DNA of 64,000 nucleotides from Candidatus Bathyarchaeia archaeon (GTDB taxonomy: Archaea > Thermoproteota > Bathyarchaeia > Bathyarchaeales > Bathycorpusculaceae): assembly GCA_049512075.1 (NCBI GenBank), contig JBEKXL010000006.1, forward strand, positions 32,001 through 96,000, read 5' to 3'. Below the pieces are notes generated by a model. It saw only the letters and a list, made by a program, of their open reading frames with translations, was not told the DNA's origin and did not search any database. Both the position numbers and the translations under genes were made by a program. Shown piece by piece: positions 39,628 to 47,584 of the stretch (positions within the stretch are counted from its first letter, which is position 1; each line of letters begins with the position of its first letter).

Positions 39628-40731
39628 ATGCACGTGCTCCAAGTGACTCCCAAGTATTTTCCGAGCATCGGAGGTGTCGAAACGGTAGTGAAGAAAATCA
39701 GCGAGACACTTGTCGAAAACGGCATTGACGTTACCGTCTATTCGGTTGACTTGAATCGACAACTCCCGAGGCAGCAAAGAATCAATCAAGTCTTCGTTAA
39801 GCGTTTCCGCCCCGTGTTAGATGATCCGCTTTTTCTTCCTGAACCCAGATTCCTGATTGACTTGCTGCATGAAAAAGCCGAAATAATCCATGTTCACAAT
39901 GTTCACACTCTTCCGCCCTTTCTTGCAGCACTAACCAAAAACGCGAAACAAAAATTGTTGCTGCAACCGCATTATCATCGGTTTGGCCAGTCCGTGTTTC
40001 GGCATTCACTGTTTGAACTCTACAAATATGCTCTTAAGAACATCGTTTTTCCAAGAGCAGATCTTGCCATAGCCAATTCATCTTACGAAGAAAGGGCACT
40101 TCGCGAAGATTTCCCAGAGTTCAGGAACATCAAATTGCTTCCAGAGGGGATGGATGCGAACGAGGTTAGACACATAAAACGTCACCCTGAAAAGTCGAAT
40201 CGGATTCTTTACGTGGGGGTCCTGAAACGTTACAAGAATGTTGACAAAATTCTTGAAGGCTTTTCATGTTTTTTGAGAAGAGAAAGTGACCAATCGAAAC
40301 TCGTCATAGTAGGTGATGGTCCGGAATTCGAGTTCTTGGTCGCCCACGCTCGCAGTTTGGGGCTTGACTTATTCGTAGAATGGAAGCATGGATTGTCAAG
40401 GGAGCAGCTGCTGGATGAATACGCGAGAGCGAGTGTTTTCATTCTCCTTTCACATTTAGAAAGTTTCAGCAGAGTCGTTTATGACGCGTTATTGATTGGA
40501 GTGCCTGCTGTCGTGTTGAATTTCGGAGCTTTGAAGGATTTGGTCAGGACCGGGTTGGCGATAGGCGTCGACTCGCTAAACCCCCCGGAAATTGCACGCG
40601 CGCTTTCGGAAGCTTTAAGGAGAAATCCGCCCAGATTTTCAAAAGATGACAATATCTTCCTTGAGTGGCCAGAGTATTCAAGGCGGATCATAAGTGCCTA
40701 TCATGAATTGTTGGGGGAAAGAATGCTATAA
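39628..40731 (+). CDS. Glycosyltransferase family 4
   Basis: IGGVE, YVGVL..YKN, VGDGP, ESFSRVVYDALLIGVP. Confidence 0.88.
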   Translation: MHVLQVTPKYFPSIGGVETVVKKISETLVENGIDVTVYSVDLNRQLPRQQRINQVFVKRFRPVLDDPLFLPEPRFLIDLLHEKAEIIHVHNVHTLPPFLAALTKNAKQKLLLQPHYHRFGQSVFRHSLFELYKYALKNIVFPRADLAIANSSYEERALREDFPEFRNIKLLPEGMDANEVRHIKRHPEKSNRILYVGVLKRYKNVDKILEGFSCFLRRESDQSKLVIVGDGPEFEFLVAHARSLGLDLFVEWKHGLSREQLLDEYARASVFILLSHLESFSRVVYDALLIGVPAVVLNFGALKDLVRTGLAIGVDSLNPPEIARALSEALRRNPPRFSKDDNIFLEWPEYSRRIISAYHELLGERML

Positions 40732-40965
40732 CCTTTTAATGCAGGTTAAAATAGGAGAAATACGAGTGAAAACAACTTTGCGCTCAAGGCGAAATCTGCG
40801 TGTTCGGGGACATGCGCTAATTGCAGAACTTCAGTTCAACATCGCCGAATGACTTTCGTCTGGGATTTGCAGATCATGGTTTTGGCGCTATCAAGAATAT
40901 GGCCTGTGTCGTGATATCGTCATTAATACTTGAGCAGTTGACTGTCTGCTGGAAGGAATGAACCT

Positions 40966-41799
40966 ATGGATAGGTCTAAAGTATCAGTAATAATTCCGAC
41001 GTACAACGCCGGCGATACGATCACGCGTTGTCTCAAAAGCATACACAATCAGAGTTACTCTCGCGTTGAGGTTATTGTTGTTGACAACTTCAGCAATGAC
41101 ACAACAATGAATGTTGCAAGAGCCTTTGGGGCGAAAGTCGTGCAACAAAAATCAACCCCTGCATCGGCCAGGAACACAGGCATTGTCAACTCCGCAGGAA
41201 AATATGTCTTTTTTGTTGATTCAGATCAGGTCTTATCTCGGTGTGTAGTTGAAGAGTGTGTCATAAAATGCGAGGAAGAAAAGGCAGGAATGGTTAGGGT
41301 TCCAGAACTTTTCATCGGAGAGGGATTCTGGGGCTCCTGTTCAGCGGAATGGAAGAATTATTATGGGAAGGTCGAACAGAGGTACGGGACGCGGGGAAAG
41401 ATTCTTTCGGGGAAACCACGCTTTTTTGCAAAGGAACAGTTGATTCGCGTGGGAATGTTCGATGCTTCTCTGCTTTGGGGTGAGGATTATGACCTTTATC
41501 AAAGATTAAAAGAAAGGAACACCAAGGAAGTCTCCTGTCAATCCATGCTGTACCACTGTGAACCAGTTTCAGTCAAAGGAATAATGACCAGAAACCTTCG
41601 CTATGGAGAATCCATGCCGACCTTTATGAATCGCTCCGAGAAGCAAGTCTTTTCGCGCGTTGTCAGACATTCCTTACTAGCTTGGGTGGAGAGTCTTTCC
41701 GAGCTGGTTGAGAAACCTGACATAGCTTTCGGATGCACGATTCTTCTCGGAATGAAAGGATTTGCGATGTTAGCGGGCTTACTGGCGAATTTGGCCTAG
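40966..41799 (+). CDS. Glycosyltransferase family 2
   Basis: VSVIIPTYN, VDNFSND, FVDSD, GEDYDL. Confidence 0.9.
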   Translation: MDRSKVSVIIPTYNAGDTITRCLKSIHNQSYSRVEVIVVDNFSNDTTMNVARAFGAKVVQQKSTPASARNTGIVNSAGKYVFFVDSDQVLSRCVVEECVIKCEEEKAGMVRVPELFIGEGFWGSCSAEWKNYYGKVEQRYGTRGKILSGKPRFFAKEQLIRVGMFDASLLWGEDYDLYQRLKERNTKEVSCQSMLYHCEPVSVKGIMTRNLRYGESMPTFMNRSEKQVFSRVVRHSLLAWVESLSELVEKPDIAFGCTILLGMKGFAMLAGLLANLA

Positions 41800-41845
41800 A
41801 ACGAAATGCTTTTTATCCCTGCATCAAATTTAGAGTTGAGCATAC

Positions 41846-43060
41846 TTGAAGTCAATTGCTTTTGTACAGCAAGCGTTCAGAGAACACTATACGAAAGAGT
41901 TCTCTTTCAGTGAAAACCTATCAATGATTGAGAGACGCGAATTCGGCTTCGCCACGTTTGAAGGATGGATGCTCCGCCACAAGAGCTTTGACGCCAAAAA
42001 CGAGTTAATCTCCTTCCTAGGCGATTCCGTGCCCAGAGATGCCTATTTCTCATGCGCTTATTATGAAGACCCACTGGCTGAGATGGAAAGGAAGGGATGG
42101 TTGGGTGCGGACTTGATTTTCGATATCGATGCTGACCATATCCCCACGTCCTGCGACAAGGTTCACGACCAGTGGACCTGCGGCAAGTGCGGTTTCGCAG
42201 GAAGGGGAGTCGTACCCGAGAATTGTCCGGTCTGCGGTAGTGAAAAGTTCGACGAAAGCACTTGGCCCTGCGAAGTCTGTCTGGCTTCTGCAAAGTATGA
42301 AACTGTGAAGCTTCTGGACATACTGATGAAGGATTTCGGCTTCTCTGACAAGGAACTCCGTGTATTCTTCTCAGGACATAGAGGTTATCACGTGCACGTG
42401 GAACATGAAGCTGTAATGAATCTTGATAGTATCGCTCGCAAGGAAATCGTTGATTATGTCTGCGGCTTAGGTTTAGACACTGCCTTCTACGGGCTGATTG
42501 AGAGAGGCCCGAAAATGTTCAATGTGACTGATCCTGGCTGGCGAGGACGAATCGCAAGAGGGATCCACGAGTTCGTCGCCGAAGCCAAAGCAGAGGATTA
42601 CAGAGACATAGGGCTGAAAGGAAATGTTGCTGAGACCATGGTCAAGAACAGAACAGCAGTTCTGAGGAACCTGAACGAATCAAAGCCCTGGGAAGCAGTC
42701 AAAGGAGTGGGTCCCGAAACGTGGAAGAAGATTGTTGAACACTTCGTAATATCACAATCAGCCAGCGTGGATACGGTGGTCACAACGGACACTCACCGTC
42801 TGATCAGACTTGGAAGTACATTGCACGGCAAAACGGGACTAAAAAAAACCGAGTTTCCAGTTCCGACGATAGAGAGCTTTGACCCTTTCAAGAGCGCGAT
42901 AGCCTTTAAAAAGGGCACAGCCACAGTTCTCGTCTCTAATGCACCTGAGTTTAGGCTGGGGGATCAAACGTTCGGCCCTTACACAAATCAGAAAATTGAG
43001 TTGCCGACCGCAGCGGCTGTACTCCTCATCTGCAGGAAAAGAGCGGAAGTGATAGACTAG
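41846..43060 (+). CDS. priS: DNA primase small (catalytic) subunit
   Basis: REFGF, DLIFDIDAD, FSGHRGYHVH, DTVVTTDTHRLIRLGSTLHGKTG. Confidence 0.96.
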   Translation: MKSIAFVQQAFREHYTKEFSFSENLSMIERREFGFATFEGWMLRHKSFDAKNELISFLGDSVPRDAYFSCAYYEDPLAEMERKGWLGADLIFDIDADHIPTSCDKVHDQWTCGKCGFAGRGVVPENCPVCGSEKFDESTWPCEVCLASAKYETVKLLDILMKDFGFSDKELRVFFSGHRGYHVHVEHEAVMNLDSIARKEIVDYVCGLGLDTAFYGLIERGPKMFNVTDPGWRGRIARGIHEFVAEAKAEDYRDIGLKGNVAETMVKNRTAVLRNLNESKPWEAVKGVGPETWKKIVEHFVISQSASVDTVVTTDTHRLIRLGSTLHGKTGLKKTEFPVPTIESFDPFKSAIAFKKGTATVLVSNAPEFRLGDQTFGPYTNQKIELPTAAAVLLICRKRAEVID

Positions 43061-43062
43061 AA

Positions 43063-43611
43063 ATGTACAGTCAATTGTATGAGATTTGGAAACAGGAACT
43101 CGAAGACCCTGAACTGGTCCGGCTCCCACCGGACTTCTACGCGGGAATCGTTGAATACGCGAAGAAGCTCAAAGAAGAAAGCCGAATGCTGGACAAGAGA
43201 ACGGTCAAGGCGAATCTTCTGAAAAAAGAAATGCAGAACATGAAACGCATGGTAAGGGAACTGATACGGGCAAGATATAGGAAAATCCTTAACAGAGCAG
43301 CGAGGGGAGAAGAGGTCTCTCGGGACGTATTGACGGTTGAGGACGAACAGATCTATGGAAAGATTTCACCGCTGGCTGAGATAGTGTCGAATTTTGCATC
43401 GGAAATCCTGCATGGGCATGAACCCAAAACCATGAGCGACTTGAAGCACAAGAGGATTATCATGCGCATGTTGAAAGAAATTCCAGCCATTATCGGCGCA
43501 GACATGAAAACCTACGGGCCGTTCAAAACCGAGGACGTTGCATCCCTGCCTGCCGAAAATGCAAGGATTCTGGCCAAGCAGAATCTGGCTGAAAAAGTTG
43601 AAATCAACTAG
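43063..43611 (+). CDS. GINS subunit Gins15 (Gins51)
   Basis: LPPDFY, RARYRKI, C-terminal B domain IIGADMKTYGPF..EDVASLP; follows priS. Confidence 0.88.
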   Translation: MYSQLYEIWKQELEDPELVRLPPDFYAGIVEYAKKLKEESRMLDKRTVKANLLKKEMQNMKRMVRELIRARYRKILNRAARGEEVSRDVLTVEDEQIYGKISPLAEIVSNFASEILHGHEPKTMSDLKHKRIIMRMLKEIPAIIGADMKTYGPFKTEDVASLPAENARILAKQNLAEKVEIN

Positions 43612-44669
43612 TCGGCACCATCCTTAACGGCTGCAGTGTCAATGTCCCCAGTTTTCCCCCAAAATGCGCGGCTGCCCATAATCAGCAACGGAAAGAAAAC
43701 TATCCATGCAATGGAGAACAATTGACCGTAATAATCATGGAAGGTGTTAGCAGCAGTGGCACCGCTGTCGGCTCCAATCATGAAGATAGTCACTATCCTC
43801 AGGACGTTTATGAAATACGTGACGGCACCACCGGTCACGAAATAGACTGTTCTTTGCTTCCAAGGAATAGCACTATTTCTCAAAAACAACAGAATTGTGA
43901 CAGCGTAAATCAAAAGACTCTCGATGCCCGAGCAAGGCCAAGCTATAGTGGCAGGGTAACTTCCATGGGAACCGATAGCAATCAATTCGGGCATACCATT
44001 ATTTATGCCCGCCCATATTGTCCGATACCCTAAGAAATTCAAGAAATTGGCTGCAAACGAGGCCGTGGTTGGCACAAAAATCTGGAAAGGGGTGAAGCTC
44101 CCGTAGGGAAAGAAGTTGTCTATACTGTATATCACTCCGATGAGCCCTAAGAAAAGCGCAGATATTGAATGCACCTTTAAACCGCGAACTCCGTATTCCA
44201 GCAGGATTATCAGCGCAAAAAGAGCTGCAAACACCATGTACTCGGTTGAGAGAGGCACCACATCCGCCCAAGGGTGCAAAATGCCTCTTCCAAGTGCAAG
44301 ATTCTCGATTAGGGTATTTAGTCCGTAAAAGTTGGAAACCACAACGTATGCGATGGGCAACAAAAGGGATAAAAAGAAGGCACCAGTTTGTATAGACCTC
44401 GTCTTCTTGATTTTTCCTGTTTGGAGTTCTTCCCAGCTCAGGATTATCTCCAACGAAACTAGCCACAAGAAGAAAGTGTAGAATATTCTGCCCTTCCATG
44501 TTTTCTCGAAAACGACAGGATCCAGAAAATACAACACGGTGATGGGTATAACGAAAGCGAGCAGTGGTAAGATCTTCATTAATATGTTGGCTATTGTACG
44601 AGACCTGGACATGTCGTTCAGCATGCTGAAATCCCCACATTGCCCTCTTCGCTGCCATAGTTTTAACAT
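43608..44669 (-). CDS. Exosortase/archaeosortase-family transpeptidase (thaumarchaeosortase-like)
   Basis: Multi-TM; catalytic triad Cys (IAWPCSG), Arg (INVLRI), His (FHDYYG); N-terminal WKGR. Confidence 0.85.
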   Translation of the reverse strand: MLKLWQRRGQCGDFSMLNDMSRSRTIANILMKILPLLAFVIPITVLYFLDPVVFEKTWKGRIFYTFFLWLVSLEIILSWEELQTGKIKKTRSIQTGAFFLSLLLPIAYVVVSNFYGLNTLIENLALGRGILHPWADVVPLSTEYMVFAALFALIILLEYGVRGLKVHSISALFLGLIGVIYSIDNFFPYGSFTPFQIFVPTTASFAANFLNFLGYRTIWAGINNGMPELIAIGSHGSYPATIAWPCSGIESLLIYAVTILLFLRNSAIPWKQRTVYFVTGGAVTYFINVLRIVTIFMIGADSGATAANTFHDYYGQLFSIAWIVFFPLLIMGSRAFWGKTGDIDTAAVKDGAD

Positions 44670-44785
44670 TCAGCAACTAATAAACCGATTTCTGCAAAGA
44701 ACTGGAAACTATTCGTGATTGGCCCGCCTCGATAAGAGGCGAAAAAGTATAAGAGGATCTGTCGTTTCTTTATGCAAAGCCGGTC

Positions 44786-45070
44786 GTGCCTAACGTGAAC
44801 GTTCCTAAGGAAATAAAAACATACTGTCCAAAGTGTAAACACCATCAGGCTCATTCTGTCACTCTTTACAAGGCTGGCAAGCGGAGAGCCTTGGCCAAGG
44901 GTGAGCGTCAACACGCGCGAGAAAAGAGGGGTTACGGTGGGCAGAAGTATCCGCTTCAGAGAGAGTTTGCGAAGACAACGAAGAAGCAGACTTTGAAGTT
45001 GAAGTGCAGGGTCTGCGGTTTCATGAGGCACAAGGACGGTATACGGCTTAGAAAATTGGCTATTGTATGA
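44786..45070 (+). CDS. rpl44e: 50S ribosomal protein L44e (eL42)
   Basis: TYCPKCKHH, GYGGQK, KTTKK..LKLKC..CG. Confidence 0.97.
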   Translation: MPNVNVPKEIKTYCPKCKHHQAHSVTLYKAGKRRALAKGERQHAREKRGYGGQKYPLQREFAKTTKKQTLKLKCRVCGFMRHKDGIRLRKLAIV

Positions 45071-45089
45071 TTGTTTAGGGAGGATGTGT

Positions 45090-45287
45090 ATGTCTGATTG
45101 GGAAAGACTCATTCCGAGACCGAGAAGTAGTTTCGTCCGTGTGAAGTGTCTGAAATGCGGGAACGAACAAATAGTTTTCAGCAGCGCCGTGAACAAAGTG
45201 AACTGCAACGTTTGTGGAATCGAGCTTGCCACACCGTCAAGCGGGAAAGCAAGGATTAAGGGCGAAATAGTCGCGGTTTTCGAGTAG
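45090..45287 (+). CDS. rps27e: 30S ribosomal protein S27e
   Basis: PRSSFVRVKCLKCGNEQIVF...CNVCG..LATPSSGKA; start moved to ATG 45090. Confidence 0.96.
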   Translation: MSDWERLIPRPRSSFVRVKCLKCGNEQIVFSSAVNKVNCNVCGIELATPSSGKARIKGEIVAVFE

Positions 45288-45302
45288 GGATGAAGGTTCA
45301 CA

Positions 45303-46091
45303 ATGTCGCTAAAAAAGTTGGAGTGGCCCGAGACAGGCGACCTGGTAATGGCCACTGTGGAAACTGTCACCGATTTCGGTGCTTACGTGAAATTAGATGA
45401 GTATAGCAAGAGAGGGTTGCTGCACCGTTCAGAAATCTCTTCATCGTGGATTCGTAACATTCGCGATTTTGTCCGAGAGGGACAGAAGCTTGTTTTGAAG
45501 GTTCTGCGTGTCGACCCTGAAAAGGGGCACGTGGACTTGTCCCTAAGGCGAGTTACGAAGAGGGAAAAAATCGAGAAGACAATGGCTTGGAAAAAGGAGA
45601 GGAAAGCCGAAGCTCTGATTCGAGGCGTCGCCGACAAAACAGGTTTGCCCTTGCAGGAAATCTATGACAAAGCAGGAGGGCTCATGGAGAACGAGTACGG
45701 GCTGTACGAAGGCTTCGAAAAGGCCGTAAAAGAAGGCGCTGAATCTCTGACGAAAATCGGCGTACCTGAAGAAATTGCCAAAGCAATTTTCGAGGTCGGT
45801 CAAGAAAGGATACACGTGCCAATGGTCAGAGTGAAAGGAACGATCGAGCTTCGATGCATGAAGCCGAACGGAGTGAAAATCATAAGGGAAGCTTTTTCGA
45901 ATGCCAAGAAGGCAGAAAAACTTGGCAGCACGAAGCTTCGTTTCTATGTTATTGCTGCTCCGAAATACAGCATTGAAGTCTTGGCTGAGGACTACAAACA
46001 CGCCGAAGACACATTTCAAACGGTAGCTCAGAACATAGTGACAAACGTCACCAAAGCCGGCGGACAGGGCAGTTTCAAGAGGGAAAAGTGA
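45303..46091 (+). CDS. eif2a: Translation initiation factor 2 alpha subunit
   Basis: S1 domain GAYVKLDEY...SEISSSWIRNI...KGHVDLSLRRV; AAPKY. Confidence 0.96.
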   Translation: MSLKKLEWPETGDLVMATVETVTDFGAYVKLDEYSKRGLLHRSEISSSWIRNIRDFVREGQKLVLKVLRVDPEKGHVDLSLRRVTKREKIEKTMAWKKERKAEALIRGVADKTGLPLQEIYDKAGGLMENEYGLYEGFEKAVKEGAESLTKIGVPEEIAKAIFEVGQERIHVPMVRVKGTIELRCMKPNGVKIIREAFSNAKKAEKLGSTKLRFYVIAAPKYSIEVLAEDYKHAEDTFQTVAQNIVTNVTKAGGQGSFKREK

Positions 46092-46261
46092 TGGTTTGGC
46101 TGCTGAGGAAATGTGAGCAATGTGGAAGCTACACACTGAAGAAGGGTGTATGTCCATATTGCGGCGGAGGGCTTAGAGTGCCTCACCCGCCAAAATTCTC
46201 ACCTGACGACAAATACCTCAGGTATCGAATGGCCTTGAAAATGGAGAGTTCAAACGAGTGA
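46091..46261 (+). CDS. nop10: H/ACA RNP protein Nop10 (56 aa, absent from ORF track)
   Basis: MVWLLRKCEQCGSYTLKKGVCPYCGG..HPPKFSPDDKYLRYR; overlaps both neighbours. Confidence 0.95.
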   Translation: MVWLLRKCEQCGSYTLKKGVCPYCGGGLRVPHPPKFSPDDKYLRYRMALKMESSNE

Positions 46262-47031
46262 AAGAGACGGTCATCAAAGAACTCAAGAAGGTCGATTTGA
46301 ACAACCCCATTTTAGTCGAGGGATTGCCGGGTTTAGGACTTGTCGGCAAAATCGCTATACGATATTTAGTAAAGTGGCTGAAAGCAGAAAAGCTTGCATA
46401 TATTTATTCACCGCACTTTCCATACTTCGTGCTTGTGAACAAAAAGGGAAACGTGAGGCTCTTGCGTGGAACGTTCTATTTCTGGAAGAACAAAAACAGA
46501 AAGAACGACCTCGTGCTCTTCACGGGTGACAGTCAGGCGCAGACGATTGAAGGGCAATACGAGATTTCTAACAGCATACTGAACTTTGCCCGCAAATGCA
46601 ACGTGAAGACCATCATAACGATAGGTGGCTACCGAATGGAAGCCACGGACAAGCCCAAGGTTGTCGCCGCTGCCACGAGCCAGGAATTGCTGAACAAAGC
46701 ACAACAGGCAGGTGCGGAGATCAGTCCAACAGGAAGCCCTATCGTGGGTACCGCTGGACTAATCTTAGGCCTCTCGCATTTCAAGAAGATCGATGCTCTC
46801 TGCCTCTTAGGGGAGACGCGAGGATACCTGCCAGATCCGAAGTCAGCCAAGAGCGTCTTGGAAGTGTTGCAGTCACTCCTCGGTTTTGAGGTAAGCTTGT
46901 CTGGACTTGATGAGGAAATCGCCAAAGCGGACAAGATGGTTACGCGTTTGCAGAGCATCGAAGAAAAAAGAACGTTGGAAGCTGAGGAAACACGGAAAGA
47001 AGAAGACAAGAAAGTTACCTACATTTCCTAA
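46258..47031 (+). CDS. Proteasome assembly chaperone PAC2-family protein
   Basis: EGLPGLGLVGKIA, YSPHFP, GDSQ, LLGETRGY..DPKSAK. Confidence 0.9.
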   Translation: MKETVIKELKKVDLNNPILVEGLPGLGLVGKIAIRYLVKWLKAEKLAYIYSPHFPYFVLVNKKGNVRLLRGTFYFWKNKNRKNDLVLFTGDSQAQTIEGQYEISNSILNFARKCNVKTIITIGGYRMEATDKPKVVAAATSQELLNKAQQAGAEISPTGSPIVGTAGLILGLSHFKKIDALCLLGETRGYLPDPKSAKSVLEVLQSLLGFEVSLSGLDEEIAKADKMVTRLQSIEEKRTLEAEETRKEEDKKVTYIS

Positions 47032-47037
47032 ACACCA

Positions 47038-47238
47038 TTAAGATAACATGTCTTCCTTGATTATCCTCACGATTCTTTCGGCAGCGTTGCCATCTCCATA
47101 AAGAGATGTCTTCGGCAGGGTTCTGGGCCGTTCCAATGCGGTCTTCATTTCTTCTGGTATTGTTTCTTTTTCTGTGCCAACGACTTGCGCGCGCTGCGCC
47201 AAGTATGCTGAAACACCTTTTGCATCATGGTCCAGCAA
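47038..47238 (-). pseudogene. C-terminal remnant of UDP-N-acetylglucosamine 2-epimerase (WecB-like)
   Basis: VVGTEKETI...SLYGDGNAAERIVRII matches the characteristic C-terminus; the roughly 300 N-terminal residues are missing. Confidence 0.7.
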
Positions 47239-47257
47239 AGTCGCTCCCCTTTTTCAC

Positions 47258-47374
47258 TTGTAAGGTCAGATGTAATGTGTACTGTTACAAACCATGAAGA
47301 AAAACAGGCTGAAAGGCTGTTCAGAGTTGACTCGCCCTTTTATTTGTAATGTCAGATGTAATTTTCAATGTAAT
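47258..47374. repeat. Two arrays of 12-bp-spaced TGTAAT-like hexamers with a 19-bp direct repeat and a central palindrome
   Basis: TTGTAA(G/T)GTCAGATGTAAT at 47258 and 47344; hexamers at 47259/47271/47283 and 47345/47357/47369; GAGTTGACTC at 47324. Confidence 0.7.
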
Positions 47375-47584
47375 AGACAGGGACGGTAGTGTTGCCCGCG
47401 GTGCAAAGCCAGAACGGCGGGTTCAGGCAGGCTCAGTTCGCCGTTGCCGTCTACGTCGCGCGCGCTAGCAGTGGCATGATGACGGCAGGTATGTTAATAT
47501 CGTGGCCTGTGTTTTCGCTGGCTTGGTTTCTGTCTTGATGCCTGCTAGGAAATTGAGGTCGATTCGTCGGGCAGCTAGCATTGT

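Noticed and set aside
43999-44676. 225-aa alternative-frame ORF over the sortase gene, and similar long antisense ORFs over aIF2a, mcm, rfc and glyA
   Set aside because: Frame shadows of well-supported genes; no independent motifs or frameshift signal.
47258-47374. Possible mini-CRISPR array
   Set aside because: Only two 19-bp copies, 67-bp gap, no cas genes; kept as a binding-site array instead.
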